Shown one piece after another: positions 45,436 through 54,070 of a DNA stretch of 64,000 nucleotides. A program made the position numbers and the translations under genes. The stretch comes from Clostridia bacterium (GTDB lineage: Bacteria; Bacillota; Clostridia; Christensenellales; Borkfalkiaceae), in contig CAAGNQ010000045.1 in the NCBI GenBank assembly GCA_900771345.1, positions 33,230-97,229 of the forward strand. Reading direction: 5' to 3'. The number at the start of each line of letters is the position of its first letter. The stretch's first letter is position 1. The notes below the pieces were generated by a model. It worked only from the letters and a program-made list of their open reading frames with translations, searched no databases and was not told the DNA's origin.

Positions 45436-45603
45436 ATGAAACAAAGAATTGTGACAGAAACTGTAAATAACTATTTTGCAAAAAGCAAAAAGAAAAAACA
45501 CAAATCTAAAAGTTCAAGTAATTTTGACCCACAAGGTTCATATACAGGAGTTTGTGCTGACGATATTCAGGAAAAACCTGTTCAAGATGCCGACGATTTG
45601 TAA
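45436..45603 (+). CDS. small hypothetical protein (55 aa), basic N-terminus, acidic C-terminus ending PVQDADDL
   Basis: Below the track's 60-aa cutoff. My translation: MKQRIVTETVNNYFAKSKKKKHKSKSSSNFDPQGSYTGVCADDIQEKPVQDADDL. I recall the GSYTG...PVQDADDL ending from small clostridial proteins (unverified). Weak SD. Overlaps a 25-aa ORF with a better SD (see findings). Confidence 0.4.
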   Translation: MKQRIVTETVNNYFAKSKKKKHKSKSSSNFDPQGSYTGVCADDIQEKPVQDADDL

Positions 45604-45688
45604 TAAACTTTAAGTTTTAGTGAAGAAGAACCTTTAACTAAATAAAGAGAAGAAATTTATTTCCTCTCTTTATTTTTTTGCGTTTTTA

Positions 45689-45717
45689 TTGACAAAAGAT
45701 AAAAAAACATATATAAT
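45689..45717 (+). promoter_or_regulatory. sigma-A type promoter of rnpB
   Basis: TTGACA (45689-45694), 17-nt spacer, TATAAT (45712-45717). Confidence 0.65.
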
Positions 45718-45723
45718 ACTCTT

Positions 45724-46078
45724 GCTTTTAAGACAGTTATACGGTCGCGGGGGCAGGGAGAGCCTGTCAATGAGGAAAGTCCGAGCGTTTTAGAAACAGG
45801 GTGCTGGAGAAATCCCAGTGGAGGCGACTTTAAGGAAAGTGCAACAGAAAACAACTGCCTAATTTTAGGTCAAGGTGAAAAGGCGTGGTAAGAGCACACC
45901 GTCCTTGTGGTGACACGAGGAGCAATGTAAACCCCACCCGACGCAAGATTGACAAACTTTTTCAATAGGGAGTTTCGCCGAAAAAGTTTAACGAATATCG
46001 CTAGAGGGTATTGGTAACAATACTCGTAGATAAATGACCGTACACGACAGAACTCGGCTTACAGATTGTCTTAAAACA
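45724..46078 (+). ncRNA. rnpB: RNase P RNA (bacterial; looks type-A-like)
   Basis: Universal blocks GAGGAAAGUCCGAGC (45771-), AAAGUGCAACAGAAA and ACAGAACUCGGCUUACAG. P1 UUUUAAGACA (45726-45735)/UGUCUUAAAA (46067-46076). P2 ACGGUC/GACCGU. About 355 nt. Confidence 0.92.
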
Positions 46079-46085
46079 TTTTTAC

Positions 46086-46129
46086 GCGCTCCATAAGGCT
46101 AAACCTTGTGGGGCGCTTGTATTTTTTTT
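46086..46129 (+). terminator. intrinsic terminator after rnpB
   Basis: 13-bp stem GCGCUCCAUAAGG/CCUUGUGGGGCGC (two G-U pairs), then UUGUAUUUUUUUU. Confidence 0.75.
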
Positions 46130-46172
46130 ACTTTTGTGCTACACTATTTACAGAAAATTTGGAGAATTTATT

Positions 46173-46901
46173 ATGTATTTAAAAGACAGAGTTGCTCTTA
46201 TAACGGGCGCAGGTGGTGGAATTGGGAGTGCAATTTCTCTCCGTCTTGCAAAAGCAGGCGCAAATTTGATTTTGTTTGGTGGCAACAATATTTCTAACCT
46301 TGAAAAGACTGCAAGCGCAGTGCGTTCTTTGGGCGTTAAAGTGGAAATCCTTGCAGGCGATTTGACTGATGAAGATTTTATACAAAAGAGTTTTAAAAAA
46401 GCCGTAAACTTGTTCGGCAAAATTGATATTCTTATAAACAACGCAGGTCTTGCCCTTAACTCGCCTCTTGAAAGTACGCCCGTTCAAACTTTTGATAAAA
46501 TTATGGCAATCAACGTTCGCGCGCCATTTATTCTTATTCAAAATGCTCTGCCCGTATTAAAAGAATCGGATAGAGCAAGTATTATAAATATTCTATCAGT
46601 AGTTGCTCATTTGGGATATTCTAATCAAAGCGTGTACAGTGCGTCAAAACACGCCCTTTTGGGTTTAACTAAAGCGCTCGCGCAGGAGGTTTATAAAGAC
46701 GGGATTCGCGTTCACGCTATTTCGCCCGGTGGCGTTTATACCGATATGGTTAAAGTCACTCGCCCCGACCTCACTTCTGACGGTATGATAATGCCTGAAG
46801 ACGTTGCTGAAGTAGTTGAATTCTTTTTGAAAAACCGTTCTAACGCAGTTGTTGATGAAATTTTGCTCCATCGCGTCGGAAAAGAGCCTTTTTTAGTGTA
46901 A
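46173..46901 (+). CDS. SDR family oxidoreductase (3-oxoacyl-ACP reductase-like)
   Basis: 242 aa from ATG 46173 (SD GGAGAA). TGAGGGIG cofactor motif, NNAG, and the YSASK catalytic motif. Confidence 0.85.
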   Translation: MYLKDRVALITGAGGGIGSAISLRLAKAGANLILFGGNNISNLEKTASAVRSLGVKVEILAGDLTDEDFIQKSFKKAVNLFGKIDILINNAGLALNSPLESTPVQTFDKIMAINVRAPFILIQNALPVLKESDRASIINILSVVAHLGYSNQSVYSASKHALLGLTKALAQEVYKDGIRVHAISPGGVYTDMVKVTRPDLTSDGMIMPEDVAEVVEFFLKNRSNAVVDEILLHRVGKEPFLV

Positions 46902-46914
46902 ACTATTTGGCATA

Positions 46915-46950
46915 AATAAAAAACGATAGAGTTTTTCTATCGTTTTTTTT
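46915..46950. terminator. bidirectional intrinsic terminator (SDR gene / mnmG)
   Basis: AAAAACGATAGA-GTTTT-TCTATCGTTTTT, abutting the mnmG stop codon. Confidence 0.75.
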
Positions 46951-48814
46951 ATTTGCTTAAATACACCATTAGTACTGCGATATCTGCAGGGGAAACACCG
47001 GAAATTCTTCCCGCTTGCCCTAAATTTTGTGGTCTAATTTTATCAAGTTTTTGCCTTGCCTCAAGTCGCAACCCCTCTATTGCAAGATAATTTATATCGT
47101 TTGGCAAGACCTTTTCTTCGAGTTTTTTTGCCTTTTCGATTTGTTCTAATCCTTTTTGCAAATATCCCTCGTATTTTGCGTCAATCTCAACCGTATCTAA
47201 AATCTGATAAGATATTCCCTCGAATCCACCAAATTCCTCAATTATTTCCTTTAGTGAAATCCCTCGCCTTATTAAGTCTGCGCGAGTTAACCCTCCGTTC
47301 GGCTTAATATATCCGTGCGCACTTAAAATTCGCTCTGCGTCCTTAGGCTTAATAATCTCCTGCATAATCGCGGTGGCTTTTTGATATTCTGCCTTTCTCT
47401 TTAGGAAAATCTCATACCTTTCATCACTGACAAGTCCTGCTCTTCTTCCCATTTCAGTAAGTCTAAAGTCAGGATTATCCTGCCTTAAAACAATTCGATA
47501 TTCTGCACGGCTTGTCATCATTCTGTACGGCTCGTTCGTGCCTTTGGTAACTAAATCGTCAATCAAAACGCCTATATAACCGTCATCTCTAGCCAAAATC
47601 AACGGTTGTTCATTGCGCATTTTAAGTGATGCGTTTAGCCCTGCAATAAGCCCTTGAGCACCTGCCTCCTCATACCCACTCGTGCCGTTTACCTGACCTG
47701 CCATATAAAGCCCCTCAATCTTTTTGTATTCAAGAGTAGGGTAAAGGTCAAGCGCATCAATGCAATCGTATTCTATGGCGTACGCATAACGCATAATTTC
47801 GCAGTTTTCAAGCCCCTCAACCGTGCGATACATAGCCTTCTGCACGTCGTGAGGGAGTGAGGTTGACATTCCCTGCACGTAAACCTCGTGTGTGTCGCTA
47901 CCCTCTGGCTCTAAAAAGAGTTGATGGCGTTCTTTATCGGCAAAACGAACGACCTTGTCTTCAATAGAAGGGCAGTATCTAGGGCCTGTTCCTTTAATAA
48001 GCCCACCGTATAATGGCGAGCGATGAAGATTTTCCCTTATAATTTGGTGAGTTCTCTCGTTAGTATAGGTTAGATAGCAAGGAGTCTGCTTTTCAGGAAT
48101 ACCGTCCGAGAGATAACTAAACGGATAAACGTCTTTTTCCCCATCCTGAATAGCAAGCCTAGAAAAGTCAATAGTTCTGCCGTCAATTCTAGCAGGAGTT
48201 CCCGTCTTAAAGCGCCTTATGGAAAAGCCGAGTTTAATAAGATTCTCGGTAAGCCCGTTTGCCGCCGCCTGAAAGCCGTTTGGCCCAGAATTCTGACGCC
48301 ATTCTCCAGCAATAACGCTTCCATTAAGATAAACGCCGGTGGCAACTACTACTGCTCGGCATTCTAACACTCCACCATAAGCAGTCTTAACGCCCGTAAC
48401 CTTCTTTCCGTCCTCGGAAACCAGAATTTCCACAGCCTCGCCCTGAATAATTTTAAGATTTTGAGTATTCTCGAGGGTTTTTTTCATAAGAGTGTGGTAA
48501 AGGTTTTTATCTGCTTGACCACGCAGAGATTGCACGGCAGCACCTTTGCCACGATTAAGCATTCTAATCTGCAAAAGCGATTTGTCTGCATTAACACCCA
48601 TCTCACCACCGAGAGCGTCAATCTCGCGAACAATTTGACCTTTTGAAGTGCCACCAATAGACGGATTACACGCCAAAAAGGCTATGCTATCGAGATTAAG
48701 CGTCAGCATAGCCGTATTAAAACCCGTTCTTGCAAGAGCGAGCGCAGCCTCACAGCCAGCGTGCCCTGCTCCGATTACAACGGCATCAAATTGTCCTTCC
48801 AAAAAGTTGTTCAT
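46949..48814 (-). CDS. mnmG: tRNA uridine-5-carboxymethylaminomethyl(34) synthesis enzyme MnmG (GidA)
   Basis: 621 aa. FDAVVIGAGHAGCEAALA FAD motif, TGTPARI, GQVNGTSGYEEA. Confidence 0.96.
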   Translation of the reverse strand: MNNFLEGQFDAVVIGAGHAGCEAALALARTGFNTAMLTLNLDSIAFLACNPSIGGTSKGQIVREIDALGGEMGVNADKSLLQIRMLNRGKGAAVQSLRGQADKNLYHTLMKKTLENTQNLKIIQGEAVEILVSEDGKKVTGVKTAYGGVLECRAVVVATGVYLNGSVIAGEWRQNSGPNGFQAAANGLTENLIKLGFSIRRFKTGTPARIDGRTIDFSRLAIQDGEKDVYPFSYLSDGIPEKQTPCYLTYTNERTHQIIRENLHRSPLYGGLIKGTGPRYCPSIEDKVVRFADKERHQLFLEPEGSDTHEVYVQGMSTSLPHDVQKAMYRTVEGLENCEIMRYAYAIEYDCIDALDLYPTLEYKKIEGLYMAGQVNGTSGYEEAGAQGLIAGLNASLKMRNEQPLILARDDGYIGVLIDDLVTKGTNEPYRMMTSRAEYRIVLRQDNPDFRLTEMGRRAGLVSDERYEIFLKRKAEYQKATAIMQEIIKPKDAERILSAHGYIKPNGGLTRADLIRRGISLKEIIEEFGGFEGISYQILDTVEIDAKYEGYLQKGLEQIEKAKKLEEKVLPNDINYLAIEGLRLEARQKLDKIRPQNLGQAGRISGVSPADIAVLMVYLSK

Positions 48815-48830
48815 AAGTTTTCTAAATTTA

Positions 48831-50183
48831 TTATTGTTTAAGGAGCATTTTCCTTATATCGTTAATTTCCACAGCAAGTTTGTTATCGTACTTAATTTGC
48901 TCGGCAATCTTGTCACTCGCATAGATAACGGTTGCGTGGTCACGCTTAAATATATTTGCAACGGTAACCTTTGGCAAACTCATCATATCTAAAATTAAAT
49001 AAATGCTTATTTGACGAGGAAGAGCAAATTCCTTGTTCTTCTTTTTGCCCAAAAGGTCGTTTTTAGAGATTTTGTAAAAATTGCATACGCAGTTTATAAT
49101 ATCCTCTGCTTGAAGCGCCTCTTGTTTTTCGCTAGCCGATTCTTTTAACGCCTCGTTCACAAGGTCGATAGTAATAGGTCTTTCGTGAAGTTTAGAAGCG
49201 AAAACTACTTTAGTAAGTTTTCCGATAAGCGAACGAATATCGCAATCGTTCATTTCGGCAATATATGCTAAAACCTTAATATCAACGATACTCTTTTGCT
49301 CTTCAGCCTTTCTCTTTAAGATTGCAATTCTTGTTTCCAAATCAGGTGGTTGAACGTCTGCCAAAAGCCCACCCTCAAACCTCGTGCGAAGTCTTTCTTC
49401 TAAAATATCAATCTCTTTCGGTGGACGGTCAGAAGTTAGAACTACCTGCTTGTTTTGCAAAACGAGTTCGTTAAAGGTGTGGAAAAATTCCGTTTGAAAA
49501 CCTTGCTTTTTTGCGAGGAACTGCACGTCGTCAATCAGAAGAACGTCAACGTTTCGATATTTATTCCTAAATCCCGAGCCGTTTCCTCTGCCTTTGCTAA
49601 TGCTTTCAATAAACTGGTTAGTAAACTGCTCGCAAGTAGCATAGAGGACGTTAAGTCTTGGATTATGCAACTTTAGATAGTTTGCAATCGCCATCAAAAT
49701 ATGCGTTTTACCAAGCCCCGTGCCACCGTGAATGAAAAGAGGATTATACGAGTCGCCCGGATTTTCGGCAACGGCTTTTGCCGCAGCATAAATAAACTCG
49801 TTTGACGAGCCGACAACAAACGATTCAAAAGTAAACTTTGGATTAATAGGCGAGCCGTGAGTAATAGGCTCTTCCTTTTCCATACGCTCGGTTTTTCTGA
49901 TATAGTCTTCCTTATCAGTCGCCACCACAGCGCGAAAATCAGTAACGTAGGTATTGCAATTATCAAGCGCCTCTTGGATTTTGTGACCGATATAGCCGTT
50001 TTTCTTATTGTTAACGGTATCAGCGTACAACTGCGTATCAATGCCAAGAATAATCTTGTTGCCTTGCAAATCAACAGGCTTTAAGTTCTTAATATACATC
50101 TCGTACGCTACAGAACTAACCGTTTTTTCAATTACGGGAAGTATGGTTTGTTCCCATAAAATTTCATAGTTTTCTTTTTCCAT
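48831..50183 (-). CDS. dnaA: chromosomal replication initiator protein DnaA
   Basis: 450 aa from ATG 50183 (SD AGAGGAAA). NPLFIHGGTGLGKTHIL Walker A, LLIDDVQF, and domain IV KRDHATVIYASDKI. The track ORF has a 14-aa unsupported extension. Confidence 0.95.
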   Translation of the reverse strand: MEKENYEILWEQTILPVIEKTVSSVAYEMYIKNLKPVDLQGNKIILGIDTQLYADTVNNKKNGYIGHKIQEALDNCNTYVTDFRAVVATDKEDYIRKTERMEKEEPITHGSPINPKFTFESFVVGSSNEFIYAAAKAVAENPGDSYNPLFIHGGTGLGKTHILMAIANYLKLHNPRLNVLYATCEQFTNQFIESISKGRGNGSGFRNKYRNVDVLLIDDVQFLAKKQGFQTEFFHTFNELVLQNKQVVLTSDRPPKEIDILEERLRTRFEGGLLADVQPPDLETRIAILKRKAEEQKSIVDIKVLAYIAEMNDCDIRSLIGKLTKVVFASKLHERPITIDLVNEALKESASEKQEALQAEDIINCVCNFYKISKNDLLGKKKNKEFALPRQISIYLILDMMSLPKVTVANIFKRDHATVIYASDKIAEQIKYDNKLAVEINDIRKMLLKQ

Positions 50184-50303
50184 CGAAACTTTCCTCTTTA
50201 TCAGTTGCATTTTGGTAAAAAACATTATATAATATTTTTAAAATAAAATAAAGTTATTAAGGCATAATTTAGCAAAAATTTTTTTCTTTAAAAGTTTGAT
50301 TAT

Positions 50304-51401
50304 ATGTTTATTAAGTCGTTAACGCTTAAAAATTTCCGTTCATACGGCGAGCAAACGGTTGAATTTACTGACGGAATTAATATTTTGACGGGAGCAAATG
50401 CGCAAGGGAAGACTAATTGCGCAGAGGCTATCTTTTTTTTGTGCACGGGCTATTCCCCTCGCGCTAATCGTGATAAACTTGTAATTAAGCACGGGGAAGA
50501 GGTAGCAACCATTTCTGCCGTCGCCTCTTCGCTTTATGGAAATATAAGCGTTAAAGTTAGTTTTAATAAAAACGATAAAAAGAATATTTTCGTTAACGGC
50601 GTCAAAGTACTAAAAATCGGTGAGATTTTAGGCAATATTAACAGCGTTTTCTTTAATCCGTCCGAACTTAAACTCGTTCAGGAAAGCCCAGAGGATAGAA
50701 GACGGTTTATGAATATTTCCCTCTCGCAAATGTCCAAAAACTACTTTTACGCACTTCAGCGTTACAACAAGATTTTATCCCAGCGCAACAATCTTTTAAA
50801 AGACCCTGATTTTGAACTCGTTAAAGATACACTTTGCATTTGGGATGAGCAACTTTGCAAGCAGGCGTCAAAAATCATTCGCGCAAGGAATGAGTTTTTG
50901 CTTGAAATCGCACCTATTGCCGAGCAAAAGCACACCTTTCTTTCGGATGGCAAAGAAACTCTAACTATGAAAACCGAAAGTGGTTATTACGGAAGTGAGG
51001 AGGATATTGCTTACGCATTAAAAGAAGACCTCAAAACTGCCCTTCCAAAAGATATGAGGCTAGGGTTTACCTCAATCGGTCCACATAGAGACGATATAAA
51101 GTTCTTGCTTAACGGGGAAGACGTTAAGGTTTACGGCTCACAAGGTCAACAGCGCACGGTAGCGCTAGCCCTTAAACTTGCTGAAACGGAAACTTTTTTT
51201 AGGAAGTTTAACGAATACCCCATACTAATTTTAGACGACGTTCTTTCAGAACTTGATAAAAAGCGTCAGAAAAAATTAGTCAGCGCAGTATCTCATCTTC
51301 AAACGATTTTTACAACTACTAATCTTGATAGAACGGTATTTAGAGGTCAATCGTTTAATCATTTAATAGTAGATAAAAGCATAATAAAAAAAGGAAAATA
51401 G
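50304..51401 (+). CDS. recF: DNA replication and repair protein RecF
   Basis: 365 aa. LKNFRSY..., LTGANAQGKTNCAEAI Walker A, SQGQQRTVALALKLAE signature, LILDDVLSELD Walker B. Confidence 0.93.
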   Translation: MFIKSLTLKNFRSYGEQTVEFTDGINILTGANAQGKTNCAEAIFFLCTGYSPRANRDKLVIKHGEEVATISAVASSLYGNISVKVSFNKNDKKNIFVNGVKVLKIGEILGNINSVFFNPSELKLVQESPEDRRRFMNISLSQMSKNYFYALQRYNKILSQRNNLLKDPDFELVKDTLCIWDEQLCKQASKIIRARNEFLLEIAPIAEQKHTFLSDGKETLTMKTESGYYGSEEDIAYALKEDLKTALPKDMRLGFTSIGPHRDDIKFLLNGEDVKVYGSQGQQRTVALALKLAETETFFRKFNEYPILILDDVLSELDKKRQKKLVSAVSHLQTIFTTTNLDRTVFRGQSFNHLIVDKSIIKKGK

Positions 51402-51434
51402 TTAGTCTATAAATTTTAGACTAACTATTTTTTA
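51398..51434. terminator. bidirectional intrinsic terminator (recF / acyltransferase)
   Basis: ATAGTTAGTCTA-7 nt-TAGACTAACTAT plus T-run. Overlaps the recF stop codon. Confidence 0.75.
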
Positions 51435-51442
51435 ACTATAAT

Positions 51443-52708
51443 TTAACTAAAATCTTCCTTTTTAACTCCATTTCTCAAAACGTAAAAATCATATAATTCC
51501 TCTTGTGCAAAATGCAATTTCGTTAAATAATTCTTGGCGTTTTTAAGGAACATAAAGTAAGAAGTTTTATCAGTAGCAATATCAAAAGCGTCCCCTCTAT
51601 TTAAAAAGTCGTATTCGATATGCACCGAATACATAGAGGAGACAGGTTTGTTTAGATTAAACGGCTGACCGTCAACCGTTCCGTTAAAGGTAAACCCGTT
51701 TTTATCGTGGGTCATTTTAGCCTCTCCAACCTCTAAAAAACCTACCCTTGTTGAATAATAATCTTCCACGCGCACGTCGTCAGAAAAATAATATGTACCA
51801 CTCTCAACTTCTTTTCTAACCTCTTCGCGCTCCCAACGATACCAGTCGGGGATATGAGAAAAACCTTTGTCGGTATTAACGCCAGAAAGTCTAGACAGCG
51901 TGTCCATTTCCCACTTAGCGCCACAGTCTTCACACCAGAGATGAATGCCAGAACTATTCATAGCAAATTCTTTGCCACAGTTAGGGCATTTGTATAAAAT
52001 TTTGTGAAGCCCATTAGCGCGCTGTTTGCATTTAATGTGATAACCCTTTTCTACCTGCCACTTATATTCGTCCTTAACGAAAGCCTTTTCAATTTTTTGC
52101 TGAATTTGTTCGCTAGACAAGTTTTCAACCTCTTCTTTAGAAAGAAGTTGATAAACTATAGCCTCTTGGCGAATTTTTCTGTACGGGTGCTTTGACCATT
52201 GAGGAGAATTTAGAAAGTTACCGTTTGCCATACACATAACGACGGGCACGCCCAAAAACTTGCACATTTTTCCTAAAGCCCCGTCCAGCCTCTCGTTAAT
52301 GCCTGCAAGTTCAAACCTTGCCTCAGGGTAAATGGTGACCGTTTTTTTGAGTTTTTTAATATACCTAATAATTTGCTTTGCAGTGCAGATATCGTGTGTA
52401 AACTTTCTCTTAGGCATACCACCGATACCACGCATAAGCCAGTCCCCACGGCGAAATTCTTCAACCGACATAACCCAGCCTGTTGTTCTCGGCATAAGCG
52501 CACGCACAATCATAGGAAAATCCATAAACGAGGCGTGAGTTGACAGCACGAAATACGGACCTTTAATTTTTTTAACAGCCTTTTCCACCTTAACGTGACC
52601 GTTGTTTAGCCACATATATATAGGTCCTGCTATGAATTCGACCAGTTTAAGATACCATCTGGGTTTGATAGCAGGTTTATTCATATCAAATCTTTTTTTC
52701 TCTCTCAT
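51443..52708 (-). CDS. PlsC-type (lysophospholipid) acyltransferase with a C-terminal extension containing a CxxC...CxxC zinc ribbon
   Basis: 421 aa. HX4D motif in STHASFMDF. YPEARF block. CPNCGKEF...WCEDCGAKW zinc ribbon around residue 240. Confidence 0.65.
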   Translation of the reverse strand: MREKKRFDMNKPAIKPRWYLKLVEFIAGPIYMWLNNGHVKVEKAVKKIKGPYFVLSTHASFMDFPMIVRALMPRTTGWVMSVEEFRRGDWLMRGIGGMPKRKFTHDICTAKQIIRYIKKLKKTVTIYPEARFELAGINERLDGALGKMCKFLGVPVVMCMANGNFLNSPQWSKHPYRKIRQEAIVYQLLSKEEVENLSSEQIQQKIEKAFVKDEYKWQVEKGYHIKCKQRANGLHKILYKCPNCGKEFAMNSSGIHLWCEDCGAKWEMDTLSRLSGVNTDKGFSHIPDWYRWEREEVRKEVESGTYYFSDDVRVEDYYSTRVGFLEVGEAKMTHDKNGFTFNGTVDGQPFNLNKPVSSMYSVHIEYDFLNRGDAFDIATDKTSYFMFLKNAKNYLTKLHFAQEELYDFYVLRNGVKKEDFS

Positions 52709-52889
52709 AAACCTTTCCTCTTATTTATGCAATTATAACAAAAAAGCCATAAAATGTCAATGCATAACTATGGAGGGTAGAGGATTTTATGTTTATAAGA
52801 AAAAATTTTTGCATTATTTGACAAAAACTTCTAGTGGTGCTATTATAGTATAAAGTTATTGAGAGTGAATATATATTAAAGGTATAGCG

Positions 52890-53456
52890 ATGAAAGAAAA
52901 AATTAAAAAAAGACTAACGAAAAACCAAATATTCACAATCCCAAATATAATAACGCTATTTAGGTTATTTCTAATCCCGGTTATAATTTTGCTTTACTTA
53001 AAATACGAGAATTATTTTGCAAGCGCAGTAGTGATTGCCCTTTCAGCCTTAACTGACGTAGTGGACGGGATAATCGCCAGAAGGTTTAATCTCATATCAG
53101 ACTTGGGAAAGTTTTTAGACCCTGTTGCCGATAAACTAACTCAGTTCTCAATGGTGTTTTGTATCGCGCTAAAAACACCGTACGTTTTCTCTTTGTTAGC
53201 CCTCCTGATAATAAAAGATATCCTTTTGTTTCTTTGGGGACTATTCGTACTAAAGAAAACTGACACGGTAAACAGTAGCAAGTGGTACGGGAAGTTGTGT
53301 ACGGTGATAATTTACCTATCAATGTTCACGCTATTTGTAATTCCTGACGCCCCGATGGAACTGATAGCAGTGTCGTTTATCATTTGCTCGCTTTCTGTTT
53401 TCCTTTCAACTATACTCTACGGCATATTTTATAGCAAAATCTTAAAAAGTAAATAA
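52890..53456 (+). CDS. pgsA: CDP-alcohol phosphatidyltransferase (likely phosphatidylglycerophosphate synthase)
   Basis: 188 aa. DVVDGIIARRFNLISDLGKFLDPVADKL is the D(x)2DG(x)2AR...G(x)3D(x)3D motif. TTGACA-17-TATTAT promoter upstream. Confidence 0.8.
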   Translation: MKEKIKKRLTKNQIFTIPNIITLFRLFLIPVIILLYLKYENYFASAVVIALSALTDVVDGIIARRFNLISDLGKFLDPVADKLTQFSMVFCIALKTPYVFSLLALLIIKDILLFLWGLFVLKKTDTVNSSKWYGKLCTVIIYLSMFTLFVIPDAPMELIAVSFIICSLSVFLSTILYGIFYSKILKSK

Positions 53457-53476
53457 GTATATGACAGTAAAAAATA

Positions 53477-53507
53477 AAACCTTTCAGTTTTTTCTGAAAG
53501 GTTTTTT
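53477..53507. terminator. bidirectional intrinsic terminator (pgsA / trxA)
   Basis: AAACCTTTCAG-TTTTTT-CTGAAAGGTTT plus T-run. Confidence 0.75.
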
Positions 53508-53519
53508 CTATTAGTTTTA

Positions 53520-53837
53520 TTATAAATTTTCCAAAATACTTAATATTTCAGCCTTGTCCATCACGCCCGAGACCTTTTTAACTGCCTTTTTATCCTTAAA
53601 GAAAATTAGCGTTGGAATAACCTCAATCCCGTACTCTGTCGCAAGAGCCATTTCTTCGTCAACGTTAACCTTGCCAACCTTAACTTTTCCATCAAGTTCT
53701 TCTGCAAGCGCCTCAATGGTCGGTGCAATCATTCTGCAAGGCCCACACCAGGTTGCCCAAAAATCAACGATGGCTGGGAGGTTACTATTTAAAACTTCTT
53801 GGTTAAAATTTTGGCTATTTAGTTTAATTTCTTTCAT
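53520..53837 (-). CDS. trxA: thioredoxin
   Basis: 105 aa. WATWCGPCRMIAP active site. Confidence 0.93.
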   Translation of the reverse strand: MKEIKLNSQNFNQEVLNSNLPAIVDFWATWCGPCRMIAPTIEALAEELDGKVKVGKVNVDEEMALATEYGIEVIPTLIFFKDKKAVKKVSGVMDKAEILSILENL

Positions 53838-53848
53838 TTTTTTCCCTC

Positions 53849-54046
53849 CTACTTTGACTTATAGTAAAGTCTGCAATGACAATAACCCTCAAACTCAGGG
53901 TCGTTTATTTGAGCCTTAAACTCTTCGCACATGCATTTATATTCTTCCTTTCTAGAAAGCCTGCAAGGGCAGTACCCTCCCGTGCGTTTAAGCCCCTCTT
54001 TTATTGCGTTAACAATTTCTTTATCTTTATTTAAGGTTATTTTCAT
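53849..54046 (-). CDS. ferredoxin-thioredoxin reductase catalytic-subunit-like small Cys-rich protein
   Basis: 65 aa. CPC-x9-CMC-x15-CHC cysteine pairs (GGYCPCRLSRKEEYKCMCEEFKAQINDPEFEGYCHCRLY) resemble FTR beta-chain domain proteins. 11 nt upstream of trxA. Confidence 0.6.
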   Translation of the reverse strand: MKITLNKDKEIVNAIKEGLKRTGGYCPCRLSRKEEYKCMCEEFKAQINDPEFEGYCHCRLYYKSK

Positions 54047-54070
54047 ACAATAATTATTCCCAAAAATAGA

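Noticed and set aside
45393-45470. 25-aa Lys/Asn-rich ORF with a strong SD, considered as a feature call.
   Set aside because: It is too short and low-complexity to assert as a gene without homology or expression data. It is kept only as part of the finding on the overlapping mini-ORF locus.
45657-45854. 65-aa minus-strand ORF.
   Set aside because: It lies antisense to the rnpB promoter and the 5' third of RNase P RNA, so it is an artefact.
50184-50303. Looked for the DnaA-box cluster expected upstream of dnaA (classical oriC/autoregulation site).
   Set aside because: The spacer is only 120 bp, and I found no TTATCCACA/TGTGGATAA, even allowing one mismatch. It cannot be called an origin or DnaA operator from sequence.
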